Assembly (NCBI GenBank): GCA_030141605.1
Contig: JAQGDQ010001022.1
Location: forward strand, 5,695-69,694
DNA length: 64,000 bases
Reading direction: 5' to 3'
Source: Tubiluchus corallicola
Taxonomy: Eukaryota > Animalia > Priapulida
Shown piece after piece: positions 15,649 through 28,770 of the stretch (the first letter of the stretch is position 1; each line of letters opens with the position of its first letter). The notes under the pieces were generated by a model that saw only the letters and a list, made by a program, of their open reading frames with translations, was not told the origin of the DNA and made no database searches. Both the position numbers and the translations under genes were made by a program.

Positions 15649-16278
15649 TAGGGGCGTAGCAAGTGCTTGTGGTACCCGGGGGCAAAGAACTTTTGGCACC
15701 CTATTCCTTAAATGTTTAGATCATTTGTTTCGTGAGTAAAGCCACAAACTGTGCGCGTTTTTTGCGTCCCTGAGCCCGACTTTCCTTTCTTGACATGATG
15801 GGATAAAGATAAACAAATTTTTCTAAGAATCATTCTGTGTTTGATTTGTGGTACTGCAGCAGAGTAACTCTTTTCTATGCATTAGTTGCTCATAACACTA
15901 ATGTCATAAAGCATTCAGCTCCAGCATTAAAACATGCAAAGATTATGAAAGATACAGAACACTACAGGTTTTCACAATAATAGAATCAGCATTTAGAGAA
16001 ACGTCATTGTTTCTCTGTGGCTAGGCCTGCTGCGACACACACCGTTAAGTAACAACATTAACTTTTTTTCTAGGTTGTATGTAGTAATTAAGTCAGCTAT
16101 GATGATTTCCGACTGGGCAATTTTGTTTTAGTTTGAAAACTTTTCTTAATTGTTTTGTTAATGTCCGATTAGTAATTAATAATTAACAGTCATTGAAATG
16201 TAGAAGAATTTTGCACCTTCTCAGCCCTTGCACCCCGGGGGCGCTTGCCCCGGTCACCCCCACCTGGCTACGCCTCTG
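15649..16278. mobile_element. hAT-type MITE
   Basis: TIRs TAGGGGCGTAGC / GCTACGCCTCTG; perfect 8-bp TSD AGCGTGGG at 15641-15648 and 16279-16286. Confidence 0.9.
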
Positions 16279-16481
16279 AGCGTGGGTTGAAGTAATACGT
16301 GTATTGTTGTTAACTTGATGTACAACTTGGCATCACGCGTCCTGTCGCTGTGTTTGATTTTGTGGCGCAGCATCAGAAGTTTGTTAAACCGCTGCTAGTG
16401 TCGTAAAACAAATCTCATACTTCCTTATCCATTAATAAAACGTTACAGCTTGTTTGATTTTACTTGATTTGCTCTGCTGAA

Positions 16482-17465
16482 AATATAATATAATATAATA
16501 TAATATAATATAATATAATATAATATAATATAATATAATATAATATAATATAATATAATATAGTATAGTATAGTATAGTATAGTGTAGTATAGTATAGTA
16601 TAGTATAGTATAGTATAGTATAGTATAGTATAGTATAGTATAGTATAGTATAGTATAGTATAGTATAGTATAGTATAGTATAGTATAGTATAGTATAGTA
16701 TAGTATAGTATAGTATAGTATAGCATAGCATAGCATAGCATAGCATAGCATAGCAGAGCAGAGCAGTAGAGTAGAGTAGAGTGTAATGCAATGTAATGTA
16801 ATGTAATATCATATCATATCATATCATATCATATCATATCATATCATATCATATCATATCATATCATATCATATCATATCATATCATATCATATCATATC
16901 ATATCATATCATATCATATCATATCATATCATATCATATCATATCATATCATACCATACCATACCATACCATACCATACCATACCATATCATATCATACC
17001 ATACCATACCATACCATACCATACCATACCATATCATATCATATCATATCATATCATATCATATCATATCATATCATATCATATCATACCATACCATACC
17101 ATACCATACCATATGATATCATATCATATCATATAACACAACACAACACAGCACAACACAACACAACACAACACAACACAACACAACACAACACAACACA
17201 ACACAACACAACATAACGTAACATAACATAACATAACATAAAATAAGTAGGTAGGTAGGTAGGTAGGTAGGTAGGTAGGTAGGTAAGTAAGTAAGTAAGT
17301 AAGTAGATAGGTAGTAGGTAGGTAGGTAGATGGGTAGGTAGGTAGGTAGGTAGGTAGGTAGGTAGGTAGGTAGGTAGGTAGGTAGGTAGGCAGGTAATTA
17401 GGTAGGGAAGTAAGTAAGTAAGTAAGTAAGCAAGCAAGCAAGCAAGTAAGGAAGCAAGCAAGTAA
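16482..17465. repeat. Compound penta/tetranucleotide microsatellite
   Basis: (AATAT)n, (AGTAT)n, (AGCAT)n, (ATATC)n, (ATACC)n, (ACACA)n, (AGGT)n, (AAGT)n in succession. Confidence 0.97.
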
Positions 17466-17599
17466 ACAATGAAATACAAGTAGAAAAAGAAAAACGCCCA
17501 TCTATGCACTAAACACGAATCAAACGATTCAGACCTCCTACCTCAGTTTAATAGGACAAAAGAAGCATTTAAGCGCATTCTTTCCATACCGTCTATTAA

Positions 17600-17680
17600 C
17601 TTCTCAACTTGTTATGAAAGATTTTACGGGTTCTTATCGCTTGGAGGTTGAAACTGAATCTGCCGGGCACAGATAACCAC
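17600..17680 (+). mobile_element. Small LINE (L2/CR1-like) ORF2 C-terminal remnant
   Basis: tcttatcgcttggaggttgaaact encodes SYRLEVET, the same motif as SYRLEIETGR at ~44900. Confidence 0.4.
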
Positions 17681-18213
17681 AGTTAGCAAACACGGCTACT
17701 GCTTGCAACCTTGTCATATCGTGTGCCTACGTCGTAAACAAACGGTGATATAAGTAACACTTCACAGCTTACGTTTAATAAACTGTTTGAAATGTTGATG
17801 TGGTTTGATTGGAGTTGTAAATGTTAAATGAATGTGTGAAATGCACGGCATTTATATGTGTTGCATTGTGGGATACGTTATTGAATTTAACCCTTAACTG
17901 ATCACAGGATTTTATATTACAATAAAGACCAATCAGGGTAAAAAATTACCCCATGAAAGTTTTGCTTAAAAAGTGTTACTAACTGGACAGAGTGACCAGT
18001 TGGTAATTGAGAAGCTCCTATTAGTACAAAACCAAGTTCTGGGTCAAGTTGTTGTAGATATATGAGGTCACCAAGGATAAAAAAGGTTTCCACCATTGCA
18101 CTATACTGTTTACGCTATATTAATTTAAGTTTGGTTTATCAAGTGTCGCGAAAAATTTTATAATAGCCCGAAGATGTTCACTGTTTAATTCTAAGACATC
18201 CACTTTGTCTTCA

Positions 18214-18586
18214 TGTTGTGTTTTGTTTCTCTCGGAAGGCTCGTAGAGAAAACCAGAAAACACTTCGTCAAATCAAACTAGTTTATTAAGCGAGAATTCT
18301 ACAACACAAAAGTATGAAGGAACACGAAATGTTTACAGTAAACGTGAAAATCTGGAAAACGTTTGAGGGTATCTGAAAATGTAAGTATACAAGAGAATGT
18401 GTAAGTGGCGTCCGTGTGAATCTGTGTGTGAGTGTGTCTCAGCGGCCTGCTTCTTCTTATATAGCGTGCCAGGGAACATTCTAGACGTTTCCTTCTAGAA
18501 CATTCTACAACGTAAGACGATTATTCTATTGGAACATTCTACAATGTTCTATTTAATTCTAATAGATGCCAGCGATCTCCACAACA
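18214..18586 (-). mobile_element. Solo LTR (HSE-bearing family), 373 bp
   Basis: TGTTGT...ACAACA termini; 5-bp TSD CTTCA at 18209-18213 and 18587-18591; reverse complement of 39469-39835. Confidence 0.92.
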
Positions 18587-19087
18587 CTTCACTTGCTGGA
18601 TCGTCTAAAATTTTATCTTCATCAGCTTCAAGCTTAGTCACCTGTGCAGCTAAAGTTCCCGCCATGTTACTAAATGAAGAATGGCCACAAAAATGAAATT
18701 TCCACATCAGATCGTTAGAAAAATCTCTTTGCAGCGGTGTAGGCATAAATTGGACGTTTACAGCACTTCTCAGTTGTCAAAATAAACATAATGTTGCTGC
18801 CAGAAAGAAAAGTACTTCTATGTAAATTACAAAATTTTTCCCATGTAAACGACAAAGAGGGATAATGAATTATCCAAGATCAGGTTGTATCTGGCGCTTG
18901 TGCTTTGTAAAAAGACGCGTTAAAGCACAAGAAAACGCTTCATAAATATAAAGCTTTAAAAATTCATTTTGAAATTTTATATTTCTTACATACTGCCTTT
19001 TTGCATACAGGACTTCAATCGACAGTAACGCTGTATAAAACATGTAAATTTAAACACCCGCGATGACCGTTAGAGCGAACTTAAATC

Positions 19088-19565
19088 TTAAAGGAAAACA
19101 TGATGCTTCCTCATTTTGAAGTACGGTAAAAACTACACATTTTAAGATCATTAATACCGGAAAAGCGTTTCTGATAATTAAATAATCGATTAAAATGGCA
19201 ATTAATGGAGGGGCGAGCCCAACTATTGATGACATCACAAACGAACATAATTTTCAACAACAAAAATATTCCATGAGCGTGTTGCACGTGTTTATGAAAG
19301 TAAAAATTGACGTGCAGTGCTACTATAAGATATTCAGTGTGTTGTACTGAAACTAGGCATGTTTTAAGATGAAAATTCAAATTTCAAATTTACTGCTGTG
19401 CTCACGTATGAGCTGCCGAACGTGTGTTGTACATCACAAACGAACAGATCTGAACTGAGAGGTGCGGCACCTGCCTTTTGTGCAACGCGTTTCCGAAATA
19501 GCAGCTATTTTAAAAAATACATTGCTTTGATCTACACTTCAAGATTGGGTACGCTTTTCCTTTAA
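19088..19565 (-). mobile_element. Family A MITE, internally deleted copy 4 with both ends
   Basis: TTAA-AGGAAAA...TTTTCCT-TTAA termini, typical of Kolobok/T2 MITEs. Confidence 0.85.
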
Positions 19566-20025
19566 TTTCTATTAAGATAAAAATATATCCAGGGCGGTTA
19601 TAAACTGCTTCCGTTGAGTTTCATTATTGAGTCACTTCCGTTGGTTTGGAAGTTCGCGAATTACAGGAAAACTTGGAACAAGGTTACAACGATGCTGTTA
19701 GTGTCACATATTACATCACAGGAATTCAACGTAAACCAGAACATAAACAGTTAAACATCTCACACCATCTGTCTGCAAAGTTTACCCAATAACTCAGTAG
19801 TTGGTTATCAATAGCTGGTATGCGAGGTTAGATCAGCCGACTCATGTTACATTTTACATGTTATTGTAGCGTTGCGGTGCGCCTTGTTGTCGATATTCAA
19901 GTGAAGCAGCAGTGGCTTCATGGATGTAAAGCTCGGTTAACGAGTTATGTCTTGTCCACGAAGCCAAATTACATGATCTAGTTTAGTCTTCTGAATGTTG
20001 AAAGAAATACTTGTGTTGATGCTAT

Positions 20026-20057
<32 letters not shown>

Positions 20058-20466
20058 GCTGCTGCTGTTGTTGCTGCTGCTGTTGTTGTTGTTGTTGTTG
20101 TTGTTGTCGCTGTTGTTGTTCTTGTTGCTGCTGCTGCTGGTGGTGCTGCTGCCGCTGCTGTTGTTGTTGATGTTGTTGTTGTTGCTCCTGTTGGTGCTGC
20201 TGCTGCTGTTGTTGTTGCTGTTATTGTTGTTGCTGTTGATGCTTCTGTTGTTGCTCCTGTTCCTACTGCTGTTGCTGTTGTTATTGTTGTTGTAGTTTTT
20301 TCCTGTTGTTGTTGTTCATATTCTTGTTCTGCTGCTTGTTGATGCTGTTGATGGTGTTGTTGTAGTTGTTGCTGCTGCTGTTGTTGCTGCTGCTGCTGTT
20401 TTTGTTGTTGCTGCTGTTGCTGTTGTTGGTGTTGCTGTGTTGTTTTTGCTACTGTGTTGCTGTTGT
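20026..20466. repeat. (GTT/GCT)n microsatellite
   Basis: Directly visible. Confidence 0.95.
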
Positions 20467-20623
20467 GAGTGTCGTCGCCGCTATCTCGACAATCAGTTAG
20501 TTGATGTTATTGTGCAGAAAAAGTTTTTATGTAGGAATCTCTTCATTTTTCTGAGTGGCGTAAATTACAAATGTCTAATCGCAGATGTCCATTTAAGGCA
20601 CTAAAATGTTTTTAGTGCTTTAA

Positions 20624-21006
20624 TGACTAAGATGGGTAGGACAGTTAATAATATTGTGAGAAACAACACTAGTAAAATTAGCATTAAACAGAACCAAAGA
20701 AAAATATCGAAGCACTAAAATCAGAATCAGGGGACTAAGATGAGTAGGACATTTAATAAGATTGTCAGAAACCACATCAGTAAGTTTAACATTAAACGAG
20801 GCACTGAAACCTGCTAAAAGACCTCCAGGCAAAGCAAAAGCAACTTGGATATCAAGAATTGATAAAGATTTACAACACCTGAGAACAAGCTTAACAATAG
20901 CATCACAGAAGTTGAAAATTTTAACAGCCGGCAGGAAACAGTTTAGTGCTGTAATAAAGAATAGAGGCTCAGTGTCTAGAATAGATGTTTAGAAGAAGAA
21001 GAAGAA
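20624..21006 (+). mobile_element. RTE-like LINE 3' end with (GAA)n tail
   Basis: Encodes LRWVG / LR*VGHLIRLSE...KRPPGKAKATWISRIDKDL, the RTE ORF2 C-terminus; the LRWxGH segment is duplicated (20624 and 20733). Confidence 0.75.
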
Positions 21007-21429
21007 AATTATGTCGGTGTCTTCTCGGTCACAAAAATACAGCTGTTGTAACTTGGTTATAGGAAAGTCAATTATTACAGTCAGCAGTCTGAGCACAGCT
21101 ATGGTTATTTGTGATTGCCTTGAATATTATCACAGCGTAAAAGTTCATGTTTACCTTGGTATTGCTTGTTTATTATGACGAGGGATGTGTGAGTTTATTT
21201 TGGCAACTACAACCTACTATCGATTTGCAATTTATTTTGTTACTAGTGTGACTGTCGCCTAGTGGGCACCCACGTATTAGCACCCTGGGCAAGGCCGTCT
21301 GCATGATCAGCTGAAATCCGAGTGTTTATTCCACTTTATCTGACAGACGTATTGAAACGCTCTACGTTTAACAAGGTTTTATTAACGCGTCATGAATTGA
21401 GTTTCAGTTTTATCTGAAATGTGTTCGGT

Positions 21430-21835
21430 TTTTAGTCTCAATGTGACGATAACAGTTCACGAAAGTGTGAAAATACCAGGAAAGGAATAAGGCATTTCAC
21501 AGTTCTAGCGATTGATGATGATCGTGAAAAAGTCAACGGTTAAGTGTACCTAACAACGCATTTGTGTACACTTGACAACGCCTCGCAGCCCATGCTGTTG
21601 TAATAGTAACAGTTTTAACAGCTAGCTAGAACCTTACATAGTTCATTTTTCTTGTTTCCAAGTAAGATCCTGCTAGTAAAGCACTTTACGCACAGACTAA
21701 TGCATAATTAAGTAAAGTTCAAGTAGAACAACTGTAGTTACTGAATTGATGCAGTGGACGGCTTTGCTTTACACATGTCACGTGACGGTTGTAGTTAACA
21801 CGCGTTACTGTGGTACACTTAACCTTTGACCTAAA
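21430..21835 (-). mobile_element. Dispersed repeat family F, copy 1
   Basis: Reverse complement of 54850-55200 and 39290-40070. Confidence 0.75.
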
Positions 21836-21840
21836 ATACA

Positions 21841-22410
21841 AGGAAGAGGCTGGTTTGATCACGGCATATCAGTCGTATGTACGGCCATTACTTGAGTATA
21901 ATACTCCTGTATGGAATCCTCATGAAAAAGCTTTAATTGATGTTTTTGAACGAGTACAAAGATATTTTACAAGTTGTTTCTGTCTACAAGTCGTAACATC
22001 GATTTTTCATGATACACACACCAGCTTAACAACACTGAATTTACAACCTCTACAAATTAGCAGATGGTATTTTTACTTGAAATTGCTGTTAAAATATGTA
22101 AAAACCTCGTCGATTTAAATTTTGATGAATTTTTTGATTTTGTACCGCGGGTAGGCCTTAGAGGCCACAGCTATAAATTGTATAAAAAACATTGTAAATT
22201 GAATAAGTTTTCCTTTTTGAATAGATTTGTAGAAATTTGGAACTATTTGCCACAAGAAATGCTAGATGCGAACTCAGTAAAAGTATTTGATTCAAAACTA
22301 AACGAATTAAGTTTAATGAACTATTGCAAATTTAGTTACAACTAATAATTCTAAGGTGCCTGTAAGAGCTTTTAGTCTTAGTAGGTGGGCTTCTTTATTC
22401 AATAATCTGT
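21841..22410 (+). mobile_element. CR1/L2-clade LINE 3' fragment (left arm of inverted pair)
   Basis: AYQSYVRPLLEYNTPVWNPH...LRGHSYKL...NRFVEIWNYLP, canonical CR1 ORF2 C-terminus, frameshifted. Confidence 0.9.
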
Positions 22411-22430
22411 TAATTTATATATATATATAT

Positions 22431-22985
22431 AATAGTTCATTAAACTTAATTCGTTTAGTTTTGAATCAAATACTTTTACTGAGTTCGCATCTAGCATTTC
22501 TTGTGGCAAATAGTTCCAAATTTCTACAAATCTATTCAAAAAGGAAAAATTATTCAATTTACAATGTTTTTTATACAATTTATAGCTGTGGCCTCTAAGG
22601 CCTACCCGCGGTACAAAATCAAAAAATTCATCAAAATTTAAATCGACGAGGTTTTTACATATTTTATACAGCAATTTCAAGTAAAAATACCATCTGCTAA
22701 TTTGTAGAGGTTGAAAATTCAGTGTTGTTAAGCTGGTGTGTGTAGCATGAAAAATAGAAGTTACGACTTGTAGACAGAAACAACTTGTAAAATATCTTTC
22801 AACTCGTTCAAAAACATCAATTAAAGCTTTTTCATGAGGATTCCATACAGGAGTATTATACTCAAGTAATGGCCGTACATACGACTGATATGCCGTGATC
22901 AAGCCTATGATATCTTTATAGTTCAAAACATGGAAATAACATGCTTATAATTTCATATGCTTTTGCAGCCTCTTCCCTGTAGTAT
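22431..22985 (-). mobile_element. CR1/L2-clade LINE 3' fragment (right arm of inverted pair)
   Basis: ORF 22399-22926 has the same motifs; near-identical reverse complement of the left arm. Confidence 0.9.
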
Positions 22986-23049
22986 TTTACAAATTTCAAA
23001 TTAGTCACGACAGTCACCATTTTGTTCTAATCTACTGTTGCATAGAAAA

Positions 23050-23226
23050 TTGTTGTGTTTTGTTTCTCTCGGAAGGCTCGTGGAGAAAAGCAGAAAACAC
23101 TTCGTCAAATTAAACTAGTTTATTAAGCGAGAATTCTACAACACAAAAGTATGACTGAACGCGAAATGATTACACTAAACTTGAAAATCTGGAAAACGTT
23201 TGAGTGTATCTGAAAATACAAGTATA
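23050..23226 (-). mobile_element. Truncated third copy of the HSE-family LTR (3' part only)
   Basis: Matches 18214-18390; broken at a (TA)n tract. Confidence 0.85.
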
Positions 23227-23824
23227 TATATATATATATATATACTTGTATATATATATATATATATATATATACTCTAATTACGATTCTATTTTTCTGT
23301 AGTTTTTTCTGTGACTGTATTTTTATGTTGAAGGAATAAATACGCGTTAGAAGCTCATGATATTAACCTTGTCTGGCTGGAGACCTGCCAGTAGTTCTCA
23401 GTTTACAGACATCGTTGTATTAAGCAAGAACAAGAGAATCAAGCGAACGGAAAAATACACAATAGATTTTGTGTTGCCGAATGTTGAAAAAGTCAACAAT
23501 ATCTCAGACGATCTCTGTAAGCTTATATGAGCCGTGAAAAGCATTGCCACCCATTCACCATATGAGCTCATCTGTGGGTATTGTCTCGACCCCGCCCCTC
23601 TGCTCATCTCCTGCCCAGCTTTCGTCTCTCGGGACCCATTGGAAACGTATAATTTAGCCTTACTGTCTAGACCAATGAGTGAGACAATGGTTCCTGAATG
23701 GACGGAAATGAGACGTGCGCAAAATGTGGTCGCCGCCGCGTCTTCCGTAATTCTGTTCATGAGAGAGTTCAAACCTGGGCAGTGTCAATTGTTTTCAAGA
23801 TTTAAATGGAACAAACATTTATAG

Positions 23825-24310
23825 GACAAGAAAAGGGGTACCTGATGTAAGTTTCAGAAAAATCGTCTTAAAAATTATACTAGTTACAGCAATTTTATGC
23901 ATATATCGTACTCGCTTTGAAAAGATTTTTTGTTTGTTTTCGTTTTAAATCTTCCTCAATACTGTTCCGACCGCGCCATTACATATGACGTCATATACAC
24001 ACAATCAGGGGAAGAAAAGGAAATGTTAAACTATGTCCCAAAAAACTTTCCATACAAATCTATATTACTTAGCTTTTCGCTTACCTGCTGGAAAGACTTA
24101 TGTAACTAGAAAAGAAAATTATTAATTATTTAAAATGTTTTCACCAATTGGTAAAGTGTTGCTGGCTCACCTCCAAGGTGCACCACTCACTAACCAAAAA
24201 AACGTATTTTTAATCTTATTGACAAGATACAGTAATTTTAAATTTTGCATAGTTAGTGACATGTGTGCTACGAATGTTCTGATTATTTTGTTTCATCTAA
24301 ACTTGTTTCA
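23825..24310 (+). mobile_element. Family B repeat, copy 2
   Basis: Colinear with 10120-10620. Confidence 0.75.
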
Positions 24311-24771
24311 CTAACCCTAACTCATATTTTATCAAGTACGCGATTTTTTTCTTATTTTTCTACCTGAGCCATTTTTTCCTGTGTCATTTCACGCTTAAAG
24401 TACTAAATTTCTGATTGCATTTCAGACCGGATATTCGTCATTCGATCATGTGATCCACTTCCGGAACCGGAATACTGTGAGGATCAGGTGTTTACTACAT
24501 GGTACGGCAACATTCCATCCACAGTTTGCTCCTGCAGAAGCCACCTCTGCAACAAAGCGGCAAAAAACTCAACTAATCTGTTTTTGACAATCCTGAGTTT
24601 CGTCTGCTTGTGGTATCTTCTCAGTAGGACGCTGACATCCTGATTCTGATCTTTACTGATCTTGTTAAAACATCACCAACTATCTCTCTATGGTGTGATG
24701 CAGCGTTAATGAGTTGTTCTCTGTAATTAAACATAATAATGATTACGTAAACTAATTTGGGAAGATGGCGA

Positions 24772-24955
24772 AGAGTTGTGTTCTTCCGGGGGCTGATGAC
24801 GTAAGGTTGTGTTCTTCCGGTGTTCTGATGACGTAGAGTTGTGTTCTTATGGGGCTGATGACGTAGAGTTGCGTTCTTCCGGTGTTCTGATGACGTTGAG
24901 TTATGTTCTTCCGGGGGGGGGCTGATGACGTAGGGTTATGTTCTTCTGGGGACTG
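24772..24955. repeat. Short ~27-31-bp degenerate tandem repeat, ~6 copies
   Basis: Unit gagttgtgttcttccggggctgatgacgta with alternating variants. Confidence 0.8.
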
Positions 24956-26201
24956 TTGTCTGTGAAAAATTTTTACGTTCTGTTCGCCAGCGCTCAACGT
25001 CAGTGGTTTTTCAGTATAGATGGTTGTGGTGGGACCGGGCTCTTGCTAATTGTAAAGAAATGAAGTCTGAGGCGAGACGCTCCTGGAACGAGAACCGTCA
25101 GAGATGGATCAGTCAGATTCGTATGCATATCCATACCCTTAAGGAGATACGTGCCCAAAAGTAATTTTCAACAGCGGTCGCCCATCCACTAGGACTCAGC
25201 AACTAGTCCTGATGTTGCTTAACTTGTACAGTGAAGCTCACGCCGTGACTGCTAACCTGTTTTCGTCAAATACGGAAATGTATTTCTATGAATTTTGGAT
25301 TACTGTTCTTAGTCATGAGTGGAGAGTAAGCTTAAATATTCTGTGCTTATAAAATCGCCTATTTTTGTTAGTGATAAATGTGTGTATGTAAGTTTGAGTC
25401 GACAAAAAAGTGTGTTTAGCCATTGCTTCTAGCCTGCACACAGCAGCAAGACCATGGCTCTGTCAAGGACTTGTTAACACGCGTCTATAGCAACGATTTA
25501 GGGCTTTGCGGCAATTTAACTGGACGTCACGTGGGGACTTATCTAGACCCAGATGTATGAACAGGAAGCCGGCGTAAATTCAGTGGCTTCAGTTGGATAG
25601 TTTTCAACTTTAAAGCTCTAGGTTAACTGATAACTGGTATCAACAAGAGTGGAGCTAAACTTGCGCCAAAATGAGAGCCGTCGTGACGTCACTAAGAGAG
25701 ACAAACCTGCCTCTGTCAAATAACAGCCTTCATAGGCAGGAGCAACGTCAAATGTGTCTCAAGGTAGAAACCTCCAACAGCGTTCTTGTAAATTACGTGA
25801 CAAACTGTAAATCATCGTCTGGTCGGTGTGGTGTGGCGGGACAGAACACTAGTACAGGACAACTATATATAGTATCTTTCGTCGTCAAAAAAGTAACAGT
25901 AAAAATTAAATCGATTACTTCACTAGCAGAACAATTTTGAAAATCATTTGAAGCTTAATATCGGTACAGTTAAGCTTAATGTCGGTACAGTTAGGCTATC
26001 AAGTATGTTATAAACGCTAATAAATGTTATAAAGTGTTAATTTGTAAAAAGTTGCAACTTCCCAGGAGTGTGTAAAGCTCAAATTTCTTCTTAGGATCGT
26101 GCCACTGTGGTTTTGTCAGATTTGCCAAACAATTTTCACTTTTTTTTCAAATTAACTCGCAATTAACGACATCATTAATTAATTAGATTACGCCTGAATA
26201 C

Positions 26202-26602
26202 TAGGGGTGAGCATTCTCTACCAGAAAGCGAATTCGAATCGAACCGAATTTGACTTTCGAATTCGAATCGAACCGAACTTCAGTGTTTCGAATTCGAACC
26301 GAATTCGAATTGAGATTGAAAGATTTTCGAACTAGTTTTCGAACCACCAGCAAAAATTAGTCTTACAAAGATCATGCATGTCACTAGATTTTGTTCTGCA
26401 ATAAAACGACTAGTAATTGCTTTAAAATTGTGTACAGAAATCACAGCTAAATTGTTCAAATTGCATGATGTTTCAATCGTTTTAGTGATAAAGAACATAT
26501 GTGTGATTGAAGTGCTGAATTATTCGAATCTATAGTTTTGGATTCGAATCGAGTTCGAACTAAAAAAACTCGTTCGAATCGAAACTCACTGAGATTTAAT
26601 TC
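26202..26602. mobile_element. Probable MITE with clustered TTCGAA/CGAATC subterminal motifs
   Basis: Starts TAGGGGTGAGC; dense GAATTCGAATCGAAC repeats at 26228-26345 and 26520-26585. Confidence 0.5.
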
Positions 26603-27729
26603 GCAACAATTATTACCCATTGTGGGTAAAAGCTTATTTTATATATATAATAGTTCATTGTAATAAACATACGCAAAATGTACAGTAGTAAAATTAGAAT
26701 ACATATATAAATAATTGTATATGTTCAGTCTCAGGACATATGTGTGTCAGAATGTTAGTAAATTGTACATGATTAAAACATTGATGAAGCGATTTTAGTA
26801 AATAAAAGGCACTTAAAGTTGACAATGTGGAAATTTTTGCACAGAAGTAAAAATAATTTTAAATTTAAACTTATGTATTATACTCAAATTTATAAAGAAG
26901 GTTATATATTCACATTTATATTAACATATGTACAATATTACGTAATTAAAGATTATAACATTAATGAGTTGAACCGAGCCAGGAAACAAATTTTCAGCAT
27001 TTCCTTTCAATTTTCAACTCACAATGGATAAAAACTGTTGTGAAATAAACCTCAATATTCTGTCATTAACAGTCATAATCCAATTAATAACTTTCACTAT
27101 TTATTTTAAAAAATGTCAGTTACACGCCATTTGCAATTCAGTCAAACTTCAGCTTAGATTATATTTTCAACTGTTTTTGAAAAATACGAAGTTTGGAGGA
27201 ATAGCAGAAAATTTGCTGTTTTTTCTTAAATTTTCATCTGCAAATAGTAATTCCTCAATTCGTCATATGATTAGTCAAGTAGCACGGGGCTCCTGGTATA
27301 AAGACCATGATGTAAAATTGATAAACTTTGTCGTAATTTAAACTTATAAGGTTTTATAGCCAAAGATTCTTTATTATGGACAGATTACTAATTTAATAAG
27401 AAATAGCTCTTTTCCACGATTCATTCATGAAAATACTAAATCATGTTCCCCGAACATTCTAACCGCGTGTTTGATAGCTCAAGAACTTAAACTAAGTTCA
27501 TGCTGCCATCTAGCGGGAACTACCAACATTAAACTACTTATGATGTTTGCGCCACCTGGTAGAGTGTCACTGACTGACCTTTCCAGTATGCACCACTGGC
27601 TCACCAAAAACGTGTTTTAATCTTATTGACAAAATAATGTAATAAAATAAAGTGTGTATTACAAATATTACAAATATTACCATCTAGCGGAAACTACATT
27701 AGATTTTACTGTATCAATTTCGCAGCAAC

Positions 27730-28770
27730 CTTAGGCGTACGAGGCGAGAGATACGGTGGGGGGGGGGGCAGACGGCTGCCTTCCCAGGGCAAACGAATTA
27801 TACGTTTTCAGGGCAAAGATGATTATTTTCATGGCAAATGATACTTTTTTAAAATTCCAAAGTATAAGATTTCAGTATTGAAAAATTGCATTACGCCTTT
27901 TCTTCACTGGCTGCAATTAAAGTGTTTCTTGTACGACGAATTGTTTTAATAATTGTCAAGTTATAATAGTGCCTGTTATCAATTTTAGTTCATTAAACCT
28001 CATAAGTCTTTTTTACACTTGTTGAGTAAGTTTTTCTCAATGTACTGGCAAAGTTATTGACATGTTTACAAAAGAATAACAATAAACTGCCAGCATTCTT
28101 TCTTTTGAATTTGTCAAACGTTAGAAAAAGCATCGTGAAAGTATTCATACGTTTGTTCAGTGAAAATGCAAACCTTTAGCTTGTGTGTTTGTTAAACTCG
28201 TAATTTTTTAGTAAAGGTTACCATAATTTGGACTTCTTGCCTTTATATATTGTGATGCCGTCTATGATAGCGAGGATACATAATTAACTAGAGAAAATTA
28301 TAAAAAAAGAAAAGAAAGAAAAACAGTAAAATGGAACACTTAGCAACAGTTTATAGCTGACACTTACGCGTTGAGTCGAAATGCAAACCAAAGGGTTAAA
28401 CAAAAAATGACTGAATCACGACTGACTTAATAACAGCAACCAAGAAGAGAAAAACAAAATGAAACCGAAGCCGAACATGGTCGAGAACGCACTGCCCTCG
28501 AATCTACGAGAACAGGTTGCACGCTCGAGAAAATTGGCCTAGAAAACTGAGCTCTGATTGGCCCACGCAATTTTACATTCAATACACTACATTTTCACGA
28601 AGCCCTTGACGGTTTGACTCAGTGGCCCGCTACAATATTATTACTATTGCAATTATTATAGGGTGTCAAGAGAAGATTGCTCCCCTCTCTCAAATTAGGG
28701 CAACTAAGAAAATTTTTAGGGTAAATCCTTTCTGCCCCCCCCCCCCCCGTGAAACTTCCGTGCTCCTATG
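27730..28770. mobile_element. hAT-type MITE
   Basis: Imperfect TIRs CTTAGGCGTACG / CGTGCTCCTATG, mirrored G-run and C-run, 8-bp TSD GCAGCAAC / GCAACAAC (one mismatch). Confidence 0.8.

Noticed and set aside
24311-24321. CTAACCCTAAC telomere-like motif
   Set aside because: Fewer than two units; expected by chance.
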